A DNA stretch of 64,000 nt, from contig OZ231126.1 of NCBI GenBank assembly GCA_965153355.1, positions 12,772,001 to 12,836,000 on the forward strand. Direction: 5' to 3'. The position numbers and the translations under genes are program-made. The notes under the pieces are model-generated. The model searched no databases. It saw nothing but the letters and a program-made list of their open reading frames with translations, and had not been told where the DNA came from. This stretch comes from Flaccisagitta enflata. Lineage: Eukaryota. The first letter of the stretch is position 1. Every line of letters begins with the position of its first letter. This document shows positions 1-14,066 of this stretch, piece after piece.

Positions 1-788
1 AAGGGTAGTAAAGGAGGAACTCAAAACATGTTTGTTTTTCATTTAAATTCAGTGTAGAATCTCACCGTGGCCAAAAACCGCCGAGAAACGCGGTTTTTGC
101 ACAGGTGTAACGGACGGACAGACAAACGGACGGACGGACGGACGGACAAACCCTCTTATAGAGATGCATTCCTGACGGACGCATCTAAAAAGGAAAAATA
201 GAATAATCCTCATGGATGTCGAAAAACAAACTCAGAACACATTTCAATGCTGTCGCCGCGCTAGTAGCAAATAATAACACATACCGCTTACTACCAGATT
301 TAATTGAAAATCTTAAAAACGCATTAATTTACGACTCGAAATACTATCCTTGTAAGTGCCGGCTTCTGTCACACACCCTTTGACAACCACCGGAACGAGT
401 AAATAATAACCTAGAATAGTAGTAAAGCCGCGTTAAGGTTCAAAAAGAGGGTAAAGAGGGGCGGAAAAGAGTTCGAAACTGGGCTAATCGGACTGTCAAA
501 GTCTTCAAAAAGCAAAGGTATGTCGAACTCTCTCTTTCTCTCTCTCTCTCTTCCTCTCTCCCTCTCCCTCTCTTTCTCTCTCTCTCTCTCTCTTCTCTTT
601 GTCTCTGTTTTTCGTCTGTCTCCGTCTGTCTGTCTGTGTCCATTTGTCTGTGTATGTTCGTCTGTCTTCTCCTTGGGTTTTCCGTTCCTTTTTCCGCTTT
701 CAGGCCTTTTCAAAATAATAAAACTAATGGTTAAAGAAAATTGAGTGTAAGGGCTTTGGATTAGCGTTTCAAAGAGTCTCTTGTTCCT

Positions 789-856
<68 letters not shown>

Positions 857-857
857 G

Positions 858-897
858 ATCTAGACAAACAAGAATTTCTAGATGGACTAACGAGGTT
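858..897 (+). CDS. Candidate 40-nt micro-exon
   Basis: (CT)n tract followed by ccAG acceptor, 40 nt, then GTAAGT donor. Open as DLDKQEFLDGLTR or RSRQTRISRWTNEV. A strong upstream donor AAG|GTATGT lies at 518. Confidence 0.3.
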
Positions 898-1087
898 GTA
901 AGTTGTAACCCGAAATTGAAACGTGGCCTTCAGCTTCAGTACAGAAGTAACAGAAGATTAAACTGAGATCTTAATTTGAGATATGAATGACAAACATCAT
1001 CACGACACAAACAAAACACACAACTGCACACAAATTCGCGTGCAGAAAAAAAAAATCAGAACCTCAAAATTCCTTTATAGTTTAACT

Positions 1088-2032
1088 CACCATCCATTCA
1101 AACTACCGCCAGGTGGTTTTGAGTAGTACTCTGGATTTTCTGCTTATTTGTACTTTGGATAGACTTCCTGAACTAGGATTCAGCTTCAAAGAAATCTTTC
1201 ATGTGGCGCTTTTGAGGAAAAACTCAAAAGTGATAGTTTATTAGGTTATTAGAAAGTCTTTCTAGATAGCATATTTGAATTCCTGATAAAATTTCCTTTC
1301 ATTTGATAGGACACAGTATATTTTCATAAAGAGATGAAATTTTTAATATTTCTGCCACCGTTATATTTTGCACAGTAGCTTAAAAACTGAAAATTTTGTT
1401 CTATTTCAAAAATAAACAGTGCAACCTATCAAACGAACGGAAATTTTTTCAGGAATACTGATCTATTATCTAAAATTTTTAGTCGCGTGCACGCGACTCT
1501 ACAACCCGCTTTGTCAGTCCATCGGTCCGTCGGTCCGTCCATCCGTCGGTCCGTCGGTCCGTCCGTCCGTCACACTTTACTTTTTTTTACTATAACGTCA
1601 ACTCTTAGGTCATTTTAAGTCATTTTAAGTCATATATAGTTATTTTAAGTCATTTTGAGTCAGTCTAAGTCATTTTAAGTCATTTTAAGTTATTTTAAGT
1701 TATTTTTGGTTTTTTGTTTTTTTAGTCATTTTAAGTCAATTTTGGTCATTTTAGGTCATTCTAAGTCATTGAAAGTCATTCTAAGTCATTCTAAGTCACT
1801 CTTTGTCTGTAAGTCTCGCACGCGACTTATAGGTGTTGGCCTTGTTTTTATTAGCCTTGTAAATTCTGAATGCAGAACATAATGAAATATTTTTGGACTT
1901 TTTTCAAAAAGCGCCACAAAAAAGATTTCTTTTAAGCTGGATCCTAGTTCAAGATGTCCATCCAGAGTGAAAAAAAGCGAAATATCCAGAGTACTACTCC
2001 AAACCACCTGGCGGTAGTTTGAATGGATGGTG
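1088..2032. mobile_element. Non-autonomous TIR element with 4-bp TSD (AACT)
   Basis: Long TIRs CACCATCCATTCAAACTACCGCCAGGTGG...; AACT lies at 1084-1087 and 2033-2036. Confidence 0.85.
1476..1860 (+). mobile_element. DINE-1/HINE-like element (family A) nested in a TIR element
   Basis: TTTTTAG-TCGCGTGCACGCGA hairpin-CTCTA, (GTCC/GTCG)n, a 10-bp GTCATTTTAA tandem and a GGCCTTGTT end. Related copies lie at ~1-191, 2190-2352, 12836-13005, 15745-15928, 22995-23138, 24468-24690, 24930-25087, 40805-40930, 42645-42815, 50440-50560, 51320-51442, 52615-52806, 53137-53250, 60040-60110 and 62348-63052. Confidence 0.7.
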
Positions 2033-2586
2033 AACTCCTCACGACAGGCACGACCTCATGCGAAAGCATGTTAGAATTTGTAACAACTTGTAATTAGTTA
2101 TGTCACGTGTTATTACGTATATTCAGTCAGCTGAGAGAGGCCGGGAGACCAGAACATTTCTCCCGATGACACCAGGGTGGGTTCGCGTTGTTAATCGCGG
2201 ACACGCGACTCTACACCTTGTCGTGTCGGTCGGTCCGTCCATCTGTCAGTCCGTTGGTCCGTCCGTAACATTTTTGAACAGCGAGCAAATTTCGCATTTC
2301 TGCTCCTGCTCAACCGTCCGCGACTGGATTGCCGTGTATCTGGCCTCGTTTTCTTATATTTCATTTGATGTGAAACATCCTGTTCTTGTTTTTTGGTTTT
2401 GGTTGAATTTTCATTTAATCATATTTCAAACTGAATTATGAATTATGAATTATCAATATGTTTTATACCGTGCATGCGTTTTTGTAATGCAATATGTCAG
2501 TCTGATGATCTGGCTTCAAGTTAGTTGGAGGGTTTGTCTATCTATTTGTCCATGACCTTTTTTGTTTTGCTTTTCATTTGCTAGTA

Positions 2587-3167
2587 CATGGCGTTTCATG
2601 CCAAAATAAATATAAGAAAATGATGCCATTCTGTTTCTGAAAGTGCAAAAATAGTTCTGAAAAAAGTTTTAAAGAGCACTTAAGCTCCAATTTTTTGTGT
2701 AATAATTTCATGGGTTTGGGTCAAATATCTTGGCCGCAACATCAATTTGAAGTAAAATGAGCATTTAAAGGACAAGTTCTTTTAAAATAGTTTTGATTTA
2801 AAGTTCTTCTTTGAAGTGTTCTCATTTCTAAACGGCTTGACTGACAGATACCAGATTGGTCTCAGATTAAAGCTTATCAAATTTTCTTTGATTTGAGACC
2901 AATCTGGCATCTCAGAAGTGAGAGCACTTAAAAAACAAAACAAAAAAACTTTCAAATTCAAAAGTATGTGAAAAGAGCTTCTCCTTTAAATGCTCATTTT
3001 ACTTAAAATTGATGTTGTGGCCAAGATATTTGACCCAAGCCCATGAAATTTTTACACAAAAAATCGGAGCTTAAGTGCTCTTTGAATCTTTTTTCAGAAT
3101 CATTTTTGCATTTTTAGGAGCAAAATGGCATCGTTTTCTTATATCTAATTTGGCACGAAACACCCTG
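2587..3167. mobile_element. Palindromic (foldback) MITE with TA TSD, Tc1/mariner-type ends
   Basis: The two halves are inverted copies over nearly the full length; the right end is GAAACACCCTG|TA and TA lies on both flanks. Confidence 0.85.
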
Positions 3168-3497
3168 TAGTTCATTTGTATCACTGCCGCTGCCTAATTA
3201 TGACTAATAACGCTTCTGCATCACAGCACATGTCCACTCACTCGCGCTCTAATTTTCTTCATTGAAATAAACATCAAGTCTATCCTTTGATTAAATAAAA
3301 AATAGAAATGTTGGCTTTTGCAAACATTATATGTAGAAATACAAACGTGCATTTCCAAACAGTAACATGAACAATCCCTTTTTCCATTTATCAAAAACCG
3401 TCGCGAAAGAATTCATTCAAGTTTTTTCTCATTCTGAGTCTCTGTCTCTCTTGTCTCTCTGCCTCTGTCTCTCTATCTCTCTGCCTCTCTGTCTCTG

Positions 3498-3647
<150 letters not shown>

Positions 3648-4019
3648 CATATCGAAATATATTTCGCTGCCCAGAGTTATGACATTTGTCAATGAAAGCT
3701 AAATAATTATACTCTGGGGGCCGCGTGGACATTTTTGTGTTATTTTTTTTTCGTTTTGTCTTCATCTGTTATTACAGTGTTATTAGGCTTATTGGCTATT
3801 CTGCAAAACAGAAAATAAATCAGAGAGACGAGCGGCAAAAAAAATGTATGGGTAGGGACAGGCTGAGTTGAATGACCGATGTAGTACTAAACGGAGAATA
3901 AAGAAGAAAATGAATGCTGTCCTATAAGTGGTGTGAGTGAATGAGTGGGCGTATCAGAGTATCATGGCAACTGATAGTAATCTCGTTGGCACACTTGAGA
4001 TGAAACTCTGCGCGGATAC

Positions 4020-4632
4020 GACATGGTTTTTTTGAATATGAGATTTTCACTGCCACAGCCAGTTTTTCACGCTTTAGTTAAATCGATCAGACGCCTTCAT
4101 TGAGCTATCAAGACCATGTGGATGTGTAGTTTGGTTGAGAATTTGCATGGAAATATCATAGGGATGACGTTTATAGTGTAAACAGTATCGTTTTGTGGGT
4201 AAAAATACCACTTTTTCTAAAGAAAATCCTCTTTTATCACTAGACAAGCCTCACGAAAAATTCTTAATTTGCATAGAAAATGACTTTTTCAAAAAACTAA
4301 AAACATGGCTCTCGTCCAAAGACACATAAGAAAAGAGCCATGTTCTTGGAAATGCAAAAAATTTCATCTGGAAGCAGATTAAGAATTTTTCGCAGAACCT
4401 CCTGACAATTTTTATCACTCATTTTTCAGTAAATCGATTTCCTATTCCTTTTCTTTACCCCAGAATGTTGTTCATAAAACGTATTCCTGCCACAAATCTG
4501 GACTGAAAGAGTACATTGAGGTGATCGCAGCACATAATCAGCAGAGCAAGGCAATACTGTGAAAGAAAATCTCATAAGTAGTGCTAAAGTATAACTGGCG
4601 AAAATATCCCACGATCGCGCCGAGCGTGTCAT
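4020..4632. repeat. Dispersed repeat; inverted copy at ~19107-19970
   Basis: Continuous reverse-complement similarity, for example TTTTCAGTAAATCGATTTCC / GGAAATCGATTTACTGAAAA, and matching pseudo-ORFs at 4426-4632 and 19040-19321. Confidence 0.85.
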
Positions 4633-5199
4633 ACGTAGTTGCGCTGACCTTTGTCTGTGAGACTCACATTGTCGGTCTGTTGATAAACCTAGTAAACCTA
4701 GTAATTCAAATTGCTAAGAACTATCTTTAACATCTTATGCAAACAAAAATCGTAGTTACCTTTAAAAGAAATATTTTTATTGCATAAACGAACTAAATGA
4801 ACTCAATGTAGAACCATCTCGTCAGTCAAGTGAGGTAACTTTCAAACTTGGCCATTGTTCATATGATGGAAAGGGGCTTGTCCTAACTCTTAGGGCTGAT
4901 TCGCAGGAATTTGCCGAAAAACTACCTGAATAGTCTGAATAGTCGCAAATGACGTTTAATCATGAATGAAATTGTTCTTTAATTTTAATCGCGCGTCAAG
5001 AGATATTTGACATGCCCAATTGTTTCCTCAATCGATTGAATTTGTCAAAAAATGACAGCAACCTGTTTTTCTTTCTGCCGAATATCGCAGGTAACAAGAT
5101 ATTGTTCATTTTTTTGGTGCAGTTGTTGGTTACTTTGACTTGTAAGTTATATCGTACGTTACTATGTGTGTTCCTTTATTCTTGACAAATGTGTCAATG

Positions 5200-5743
<544 letters not shown>

Positions 5744-6063
5744 ATTTCTTTTTCTTTATTTCACTTTTTAGTCCATTTTCTTTTGTCGTAGATTTGAAAT
5801 TCCTTCCGGCGAAAAATAAAATTTTCTTCTTTTTCGGTAAATCATCAAAAAATTTCATAACAAAAGCATTTTTCTGTCACGTGGAGTAAAAAAGGGGAAG
5901 GAACTATGAAGTGTACTCGGCCCCTTACCATTCTTTAAACATATACGTCTGTTTTCTGTCTTCCTGTCTTTCTTTCTTTGCCGCTATTCTTCCGTCATTT
6001 TTCTAATATGTTTCTGTCTGACTGTCTTTTATTTTCCTGTTTCCTTCTAATGCTGCGTACGTA

Positions 6064-6620
6064 CACCGTCTTCGGATCGGACTGTGAAATGCAAAACCTG
6101 TATAGCTCCTAAACTACCAGGGAAAAAATCATGAAATTTTCAGTGAATATTGGTAATATGTGACAGTTTTTGCATGTCAAAGCTCAGATCATAGGATAAA
6201 ACAGATGAGGGGAAGAAAAATATTGAAAGAAAACCCATTTTTGATTAAGATCAATTTTTCCATCATTTCTTTGGAAAGGAGTTGTTTTTATTTGCTTGAA
6301 ATTGCTTTGCATTTGAACAAAAACTCAAGGATTTTTTTCAATGACAGATGTTAACTTATGCATTACCTAGTTGCTGCATATTCTGAGAAAAAAACAGCAT
6401 CTTCCAAAACAAAAACAGGTAAAATTAGCTATTTTGCTTAAAAAATGGATGTCCTTTCAATGTTTTGTTTTCCCCTCACCTTTTCTATATCATGATCTGA
6501 GCTTTGACATGTAAAAACCGTCACATGTTACCAATATTCACTAAAAATTTCATGACTTTTTTCCTAGAAGTTTAGGAGCTATAAAGGTTTTGCATTTCAC
6601 AGTCCGATTCGAAGACGGTG
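6064..6620. mobile_element. MITE with long TIRs and TA TSD
   Basis: TA|CACCGTCTTCGGATCGGACTGTGAAATGCAAAACC ... GGTTTTGCATTTCACAGTCCGATTCGAAGACGGTG|TA. Confidence 0.88.
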
Positions 6621-6906
6621 TATGAAGTGTGCAACAAAAAGTAAAAATGTTTAAAAGAATTGTTGAATTTTTTCTTAACTAGTAAAGGGCAATAGACTGA
6701 ATTCCTGTAAAGTATATGCTTCCACTCATAAACATACAAATTCAAACTGAGGCTATGACCCCTAACTTTGTGGTTAAAGAAGTAATTATCAAATGTATGT
6801 CTTATTGACTTATTATCTTTCTGTCCTGGCTGTCTTATTGTCTTGGCCTTTCTGTCTATCTCTGTCTGTCTGTCTGTCTGTCTCTGTCTGTCTGTCTATG
6901 TATGTA

Positions 6907-7020
<114 letters not shown>

Positions 7021-7131
7021 AAATGCGTCCTGGGAAAATGCGAAAGAGTAGAATAATAGAGACAGAGTGAAGGACAGAGATATAAAGACAGGGCAAATGT
7101 GTTTTGAAACGAATTCTAAGAAATGCACTCC

Positions 7132-7778
7132 TTGGGCAGCGGCCCCGAAGGGGCCGATGACCTATGCTCTCACACATATGGGAGATTTTCTCCTCCTCCT
7201 CCTTCTCCTCCTTCTCCTTCTCCTCCGTCCCCCCCCCCTTCGGCTCCGAAGCCCAAATTCTAGTCGCAGGGCTCATTTTCCAGCCTGAAGGCCCAAATTC
7301 TAGCCTCAAGGCCCAAATCTTAGCCTCGAGGCTCAAATCCCAACCTCAAAGCTCAAATCCCAACCTCGAGGCTCACATCCCAACCTTGAGGCTAAAATCC
7401 TGGCCTAGAAGCTCCAATCCCAGCCTAGAGGCTCAAATCCCAACCTAGAAGCTCAAATCCCAAACTCGAGGCTCAAATCCCAGCCTGGAGGCTCAAATCC
7501 CAGCTTCAAGGCTCAAATCCCAGCTTTAAGGCTCAAATCCCAGACTCAAGGCCCAAATCTCAGCCTCGAGGCTCACATCCCAACCTCAAGGCTGAAATCC
7601 CAACCTCGAGGCTCAAACCCCATTGTTGATGCTCACTTTCAAGCCTAGATCCTCAAAAATTACTGAGCATAGGTCATCAGCCCCTTCGGGGCCGCTGCCC
7701 CTCTAACCACCTCACACCCACTTACACTCACATAGGGGCAACGGGTACCGCTGACCATCTAACGCTTTTGCGACTATT
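7132..7778 (+). mobile_element. Helentron/HINE-like element (family B') with internal ~21-bp tandem array
   Basis: TTGGGCAGCGGCCCCGAAGGGGCC start, (GAGGCTCAAATCCCAGCCTC)n-type core, inverted CATAGGTCATCAGCCCCTTCGGGGCCGCTGCCC, 3' GGGCAACGGGTACCGCTGACCA...GCGACTATT. Confidence 0.75.
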
Positions 7779-8289
7779 AAAAGTAAATTTTCATTGGAAA
7801 CTTCATCTTCTAAGTATTCTACCTAAACACAGGCGGCAAAGTTGAGGTTCTTTTGATAGAAATATATATAATTCAATACTAAATGCTAAGCGCTAACTAC
7901 CATCAGACTATCATACGACTACAATGAACCACTAGAAAGACAAACAGACCAATATCGATCCTGTGTCAAATGACTTGAAACAATCAATACAAATACAGTT
8001 GTGCCTCACTAGAGCGCATTTCGAGGGACAAAGCAAAATAATGCCTTATAATGAAGCTACGTTATTGCTAATCTAGAATTAACTACAAAATCTCTCATGG
8101 GACAGTGGGTTGCATGCCTTACAGGTGGGCATGCCTTATTAACGAAGTTCTTAAGGAAATAGTGAACAAAAATTCAGGAAGTAATTCTAGATGTAGCTCT
8201 TAATCTACGTCTGAATGCGAAAAAAATGCCTTTATAGTTTTCTTTCATAATCCTGTTTATCCTCTCACAACTATGGCAAAATAAAAAAA

Positions 8290-9208
8290 AGACAGCAATT
8301 TTCAAAATGATATTGTGAGCTCATTTTTCAGAGCAGCTTTATAATTTTTTAGGCTATGATAGTTTGTCAAATTTGCTACCTGATAAAAAAATCAGATCTT
8401 GAAAAAGTTGAGTTTTGCGCCCGTAGCATTGATTTTTGCAAAATTTATCAATTGAACCATCGCCGAATAGGTTTCAGTTTAGATCCAACTTTAGGATGTA
8501 CTGTGAGCTCAACTTTTAAAGCAAGATCAATATTTCTGAGATGGTGATAGCAGGTCGAATTTCTGACAAAGCAAAAAAATCAGAATTTAAAAAAGTGTAT
8601 TTTTGTTCCTTCTACATCAATTCTTGTAAAATCTGTCAAAACTCGATATCAATACTAGAGTTTTTATTGGAGGTTTATTCACAAAAATTGATGATACCGG
8701 TGCAAAAATACATTTTTTTGAGTTCTGATATTTTTGCTGTGTCAAAAACTTGTCATACTATCACCACCTAAAAAAATTGTGAAGCTACTAAAATAAATGA
8801 ACATTTGAAATCATTTCTAGATTTATGTTTTTTTATTTTGACCATCCAACTTCAACCGATTTTACAAAAATTGATGTTGCAGCTACAAAAACAAACTTTT
8901 TTGAGTTCTGATTTTTTCGCTGTGTCAGAAATTTGATATGCTTTCACCATCTCAAAAATTTTGATCTTGCTCCAAAAATTCATCTCACAGTTAATTTTCA
9001 AAGTTAAGTCTAAACTGAAACTGAAACCAACTCGGCGATCGTTCAATAGACAGATTTTACAAATTTTAATGCTATGGGCGCAAATATCAACTTTTAAAAA
9101 GTCTGATTTTTTTGCTAAGTAGCAAATTTGACAAACTATTATAATTATGAAAATCCTAAAGCTGCTCTAAAAAATGAGCTCACAATATCATTTTGAAAAT
9201 TACTGTCT
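8290..9208. mobile_element. Long-TIR non-autonomous DNA element (possibly Kolobok-like)
   Basis: AGACAGCAATTTTCAAAATGATATTGTGAGCTC... is inverted at ...GAGCTCACAATATCATTTTGAAAATTACTGTCT, with internal subrepeats. The right end overlaps TTAA; the left TSD is unclear. Confidence 0.75.
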
Positions 9209-9680
9209 TAATTTTTTCACACTTATTTTTCCCTTTATTTGCACTCGACCCACAAATACAACCTACAAGAACAGTATGATATCCTGGGTTCTTTTTGCCT
9301 ATTACAATCATTCATCCGGCGAATGACAATTATCGTGGAGGTCAAGATATTCTTTTTAAATATTTACTCTGTAATCTTACAATTTACTTGGTAACCTTTC
9401 CATTAACTCTGTAGAAAGGGAACTGTACATTTTCTCAGTATTAAAGCACCGTGTAGCGACGTAGTGACAATCCGAGAATTGAGATCATTAAACTATGTCA
9501 ACTATGTTTATTTCTATCCCACCTTATACACCGTAATCCACTTCTCAGCATAATCCTCTAAAATCCATGATCAAGTTTTTAAAATCAATTGTATTCAAGA
9601 GAGGATATGAACTTATCACCTCCTCATCCATTTACTTGTCACTTTATTTTGCCATTAAAAAAAAAATTAGATGGCACGTG

Positions 9681-9987
<307 letters not shown>

Positions 9988-10361
9988 CAAGTGTCTGCGC
10001 TTTTCATTTAGTATATCTTTACTTAAAAACTTTTGAAAACTTTTTTTTCGACCACACATTCTTGGGTTGACTTCTGACGCCCTCTTGCCGACTTGGAACG
10101 AAGTTGCGCCAAAAAAATCATTTTTTCCTTTATTCATGTTTGGGAAGAATAAGATTTTTTTAAAAGTTTGTTTTCATTACAACGTTCCTCTCTCTCTCTC
10201 TCTCTTTTTTGTACAAAAAGATTTCATTCATGAAACTGTCTTTTTATGTAAAGACTCTTAGAAAGCACTCCAGACTTTACTTAGCGCATGTGAGTGTACG
10301 ATTATATACGTGAGAAAAAAGTTTGGAGAAATAGAAAATGTAGAGACAAAGAGACACAAAA

Positions 10362-10486
<125 letters not shown>

Positions 10487-10895
10487 GAGAGAGAAACAGA
10501 GAGAAAGAGAGAGAAAGACAGAGAGAAAGAGAGATATATATTGTGTTTAAATAAAAAAAGGCGCAGAACGCAGGAAAATGAAAAAAATGATCAAAACGTG
10601 ATTGTTCTTTTGTTCTCCGATAGTTGGTTTGTTCATCCGGTGGAGGCGTCATTCATGTTTGTCTTCACGTCTGACATAAGACCTCGGAATGTCAATCTCT
10701 GCCTTAAAACGTCAGTTGATCTGTCACGTCTTCAATGTTCTATGAGTTTCTGTCACGTCAACTATCTAGCTCTCTTCAATGTTCTACGGATTTCATTGGA
10801 AAGATGAGCTTGTCTTTACTGTTAAGCCCATGACATACTGTCGGATTGTCCTAAAGAATTTCTATCAATCGTATCTAATCTTGCAAACCCACCTA

Positions 10896-11635
10896 CAGTA
10901 TGATTGTTTTCATTTGCAGTATTTCATTACAACATAAATCAAAGATAGTAGAGATAATCTATTTCTGAAAAAAAAGATGCTGAAAGATATTGAAAATACA
11001 TTTTATAATATGAAACCCTTAAGACTTTTCAACAAAAATTTGATTCAATTATCTTATTAGTAGTTGTACAGCATATTTGGCTAAAAGCGACTATTTTTCG
11101 TGTTTTGCGATAAACTGTTTTTCTTTAGATTGCTCTCATTTCTAAATGATTTGACCTACAGATACCAGGTTGGTCTCAAATGAACGATGATTTAATGTAA
11201 TTTTAGATAATAGAAAGAGAGAAACCTACTTTTAAACATGTATCACAAAAAATGTTAAAGAAATGGGATCATTTTTAAAATCTTAACAAGAGTACTTGCT
11301 GATAGTTGATAAAATGTATTCAGGACATCAAATCAGTGCTTAGTTTAGAGAAGACTTAAACACTACCTCAAATTATCTTTCATTCGAGATCAATCTGGCA
11401 CCTGTAGCTCAAACCCTTTAGAAATGAAAACAATTTAAAGATAAACAGTCCATCTGTTAGTTTTATAGTTCCTTTAATGCTAAGAGAATCAAGTTTTTAT
11501 AAGTCATTCTTTTGACTGATATATTACAAAATATATTTTCATAATCTTTTTAGAATTTTTTTCAGAATTCAATTATCTTAATTACATTCTGATTAATGTC
11601 GTTCTGTAATATTGCAAACGAAAACAATCATACTG
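10896..11635. mobile_element. MITE with TA TSD
   Basis: TA|CAGTATGATTGTTTTC ... GAAAACAATCATACTG|TA; internal inverted CTCATTTCTAA...CAGATACCAG.TTGGTCTCA motif shared with 2587-3167. Confidence 0.82.
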
Positions 11636-13412
11636 TACTATAGAATATTCCATGATAATTGCTTCATGAATCTGGTCACCAAGTTCTTAAAATCTTCGTC
11701 TTGATTCTATTGTACCTTGTATAATTGTATAAGTTTGTAAAATTTGTTTCTCATGAGTTTTTACAATTGCTAGTTCTTATTATAGAACTGGTATTGAGTT
11801 ATCAATGCCAACGATACCTGTTTATGATATAGTCTCAAGTATTATGTGTTTGCATCCGTTTGACATCCCCATTATAAACTGATATCCCTTCCATTCGTTC
11901 TGTCATTCGTGATATTCATCAAATTCTCGTCTATCAACTCTTCGGTATTCCTGAAAAAAATATCTTTTTTGGAACGTCTGTTTTTGTTTTCATTTATGAA
12001 TTATTGAATGTTGAAAAATGGCTGGGTGAATGTCATACGCAAGTCATAACGCCCCAGACTTTCCTTTGCCAACTGTCTGTTTCATGCAGTCATGTCATGC
12101 TAATTGGGTGTAATATCAAATGTCATCGAGTTGATTCTGTCACGCCCGTGTCTAAATACTTTCGTAATGTGTATCAATAACATCCGGTTCAATTGAAAAA
12201 AAAGTTTGTATCAGTGAGGGCGTGTTGCTAATGACGATCAAAAACGCGTTTGTTCCCATTGAACGCGTTTAGAGCGTGAACACATATCCATGATTTTCAA
12301 CCGTCCCACGAGGGAGTGAGCTAAATGAGTGAGCGAGCCCACAAACGGAGCGAGCGAGCGAAGCGAGTATGGGGAAGTGGAGCGCTGCAGAGCGAGTGAA
12401 CGGACGTGGCGACTGAGTGGCCCGTTAAAAACGCGATTGTCTGTGACTAGAAACGCGCCCTAAGTGGGGAGCTATCATGGTTTCCTATCTGATGATGGTA
12501 AATAATGTAACTTGTTTTCGACATTATAGCTTGGCGAGTCTCGATTGAAAATGTCTGTTGCATAGAGCCGTTCGTCTTCAAAACGCTTCTTCTACTTCAT
12601 ACATGATATAGTTCGTTATTAACGAATCGTTACTAGTAGGGGGCTACAGGGCTCCTTCCATCACTACTCACAGCTTATCTTGCTCGACCACACAAATACG
12701 CTCCGTTGCGCAAAATGCCCTCACCAAACTACTTAGATTAGTTATCAACCCCTGATCAAGATCGCGCATGCATATTTCAATCCTCGCCGCGACTTAACCG
12801 GCACTCGAGGCTTTTCAACTCACTTCATCAGAAAAACAAGGCCCGATTTCAATGCTGTTCAAGTCGCGTGCGGGTGGGCAGGGGTAGTGTTGAAAAAGGT
12901 TCATCAAATATTTGAGCAGGGGCGTGGCATTGCTGCGAAAATCGCTGTGGCTGACTGACCAATCAGCGAGACAGGCCGACCGGCAGACAAAGTGGGTAGA
13001 GTCGAAAATGCGCTTTACATTCGTTGCAAATGAGTCCTAAACTTTCAATGTCTTTCTATTATCTCTTTTTTTTTTCCTTTGCTTCCCTTTCTTAAGTCTT
13101 ATTCTTGGCGGCACACAGAAGAGTAATATTTTTGGACGACGAAATTCTTTTGATGTTGTATTTTTCCTGCTTTTTAGCGTGTTTGAACTTTGGTTAATGG
13201 AGATTCAGAATCTGTTTTTCTTTGATTTCGTGAGAAAGAATTCCGTTTCTGACGATTCCTTCTTCGTCTTCTTCTTCTTCTTCTTCTTCTTCTTCTTCTT
13301 CTTCATCTTCTTCATCTTCTTCTTCTTCTTCTTCTTCTTCTTCTTCTTCTTCTTCTTCTTCTTCTTTGCCCACTTTTTCTTCTTCTTCTTTGTCCACTTG
13401 TCCTTTTTCTCC

Positions 13413-14066
13413 TTTTTGGGCAGCGGCCCCGAAGGGGCCGATGACCTATGCTTTCACACAGGGGAAATTTCTCCTTCTTCTTCTTCTCTTCCTACGTCCC
13501 CCCCCCTGGAGGCCCAAATCCTAGCTTCAAGACCCAAATCCTAGCTTCAAGGCTCAAATCCTAGTCTCGAGGCTCAAATCCCAGTCAAGGCTCAAATCCC
13601 AGTCTCGAGGCTCAAATCCCAGTCTCGAGGCTCAAATCCCAGTCTTGAGGCTCAAATCCCAGCCTTGAGGCTCAAATCCCAGTATTGAGACTCAAATCCC
13701 AGCCTGGGGCTCAAATCCCAGTCTTGAGGCTCAAATCCCAGCCTCGAGGCCCAAATCCCAGCCTCTTGGCTCAAATCCCAGCCTTGAGGCTCAAATTTCA
13801 GCCTTGAGTTTCAAATCCTAGTCTTAAGGCCCAAATCCTAGTGTTGACCCTCAAATCCCAGCCTTAAAGCTCAAATCCCAGCCTCAAAGGCTCAAATCCC
13901 AGTCTCAAGGTTCAATTACAGCCTCTCCAGGCCCCATTATCCAGCCTTGAGGCTCAAATAAAATAGCATAGGTCATTTCTGCCTTCGCTGCCCTAACTAC
14001 CACACACCCACATACTCCTTTAGGGGCAACGGGTACCGCTGACCACCTAACGCTTTTGCGACTATT
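13413..14066 (+). mobile_element. Helentron/HINE-like element (family B'), inserted in a (TTC)n tract
   Basis: Same termini and ~21-bp core as 7132-7778. A partial 3' copy lies at ~51100-51318. Confidence 0.75.
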
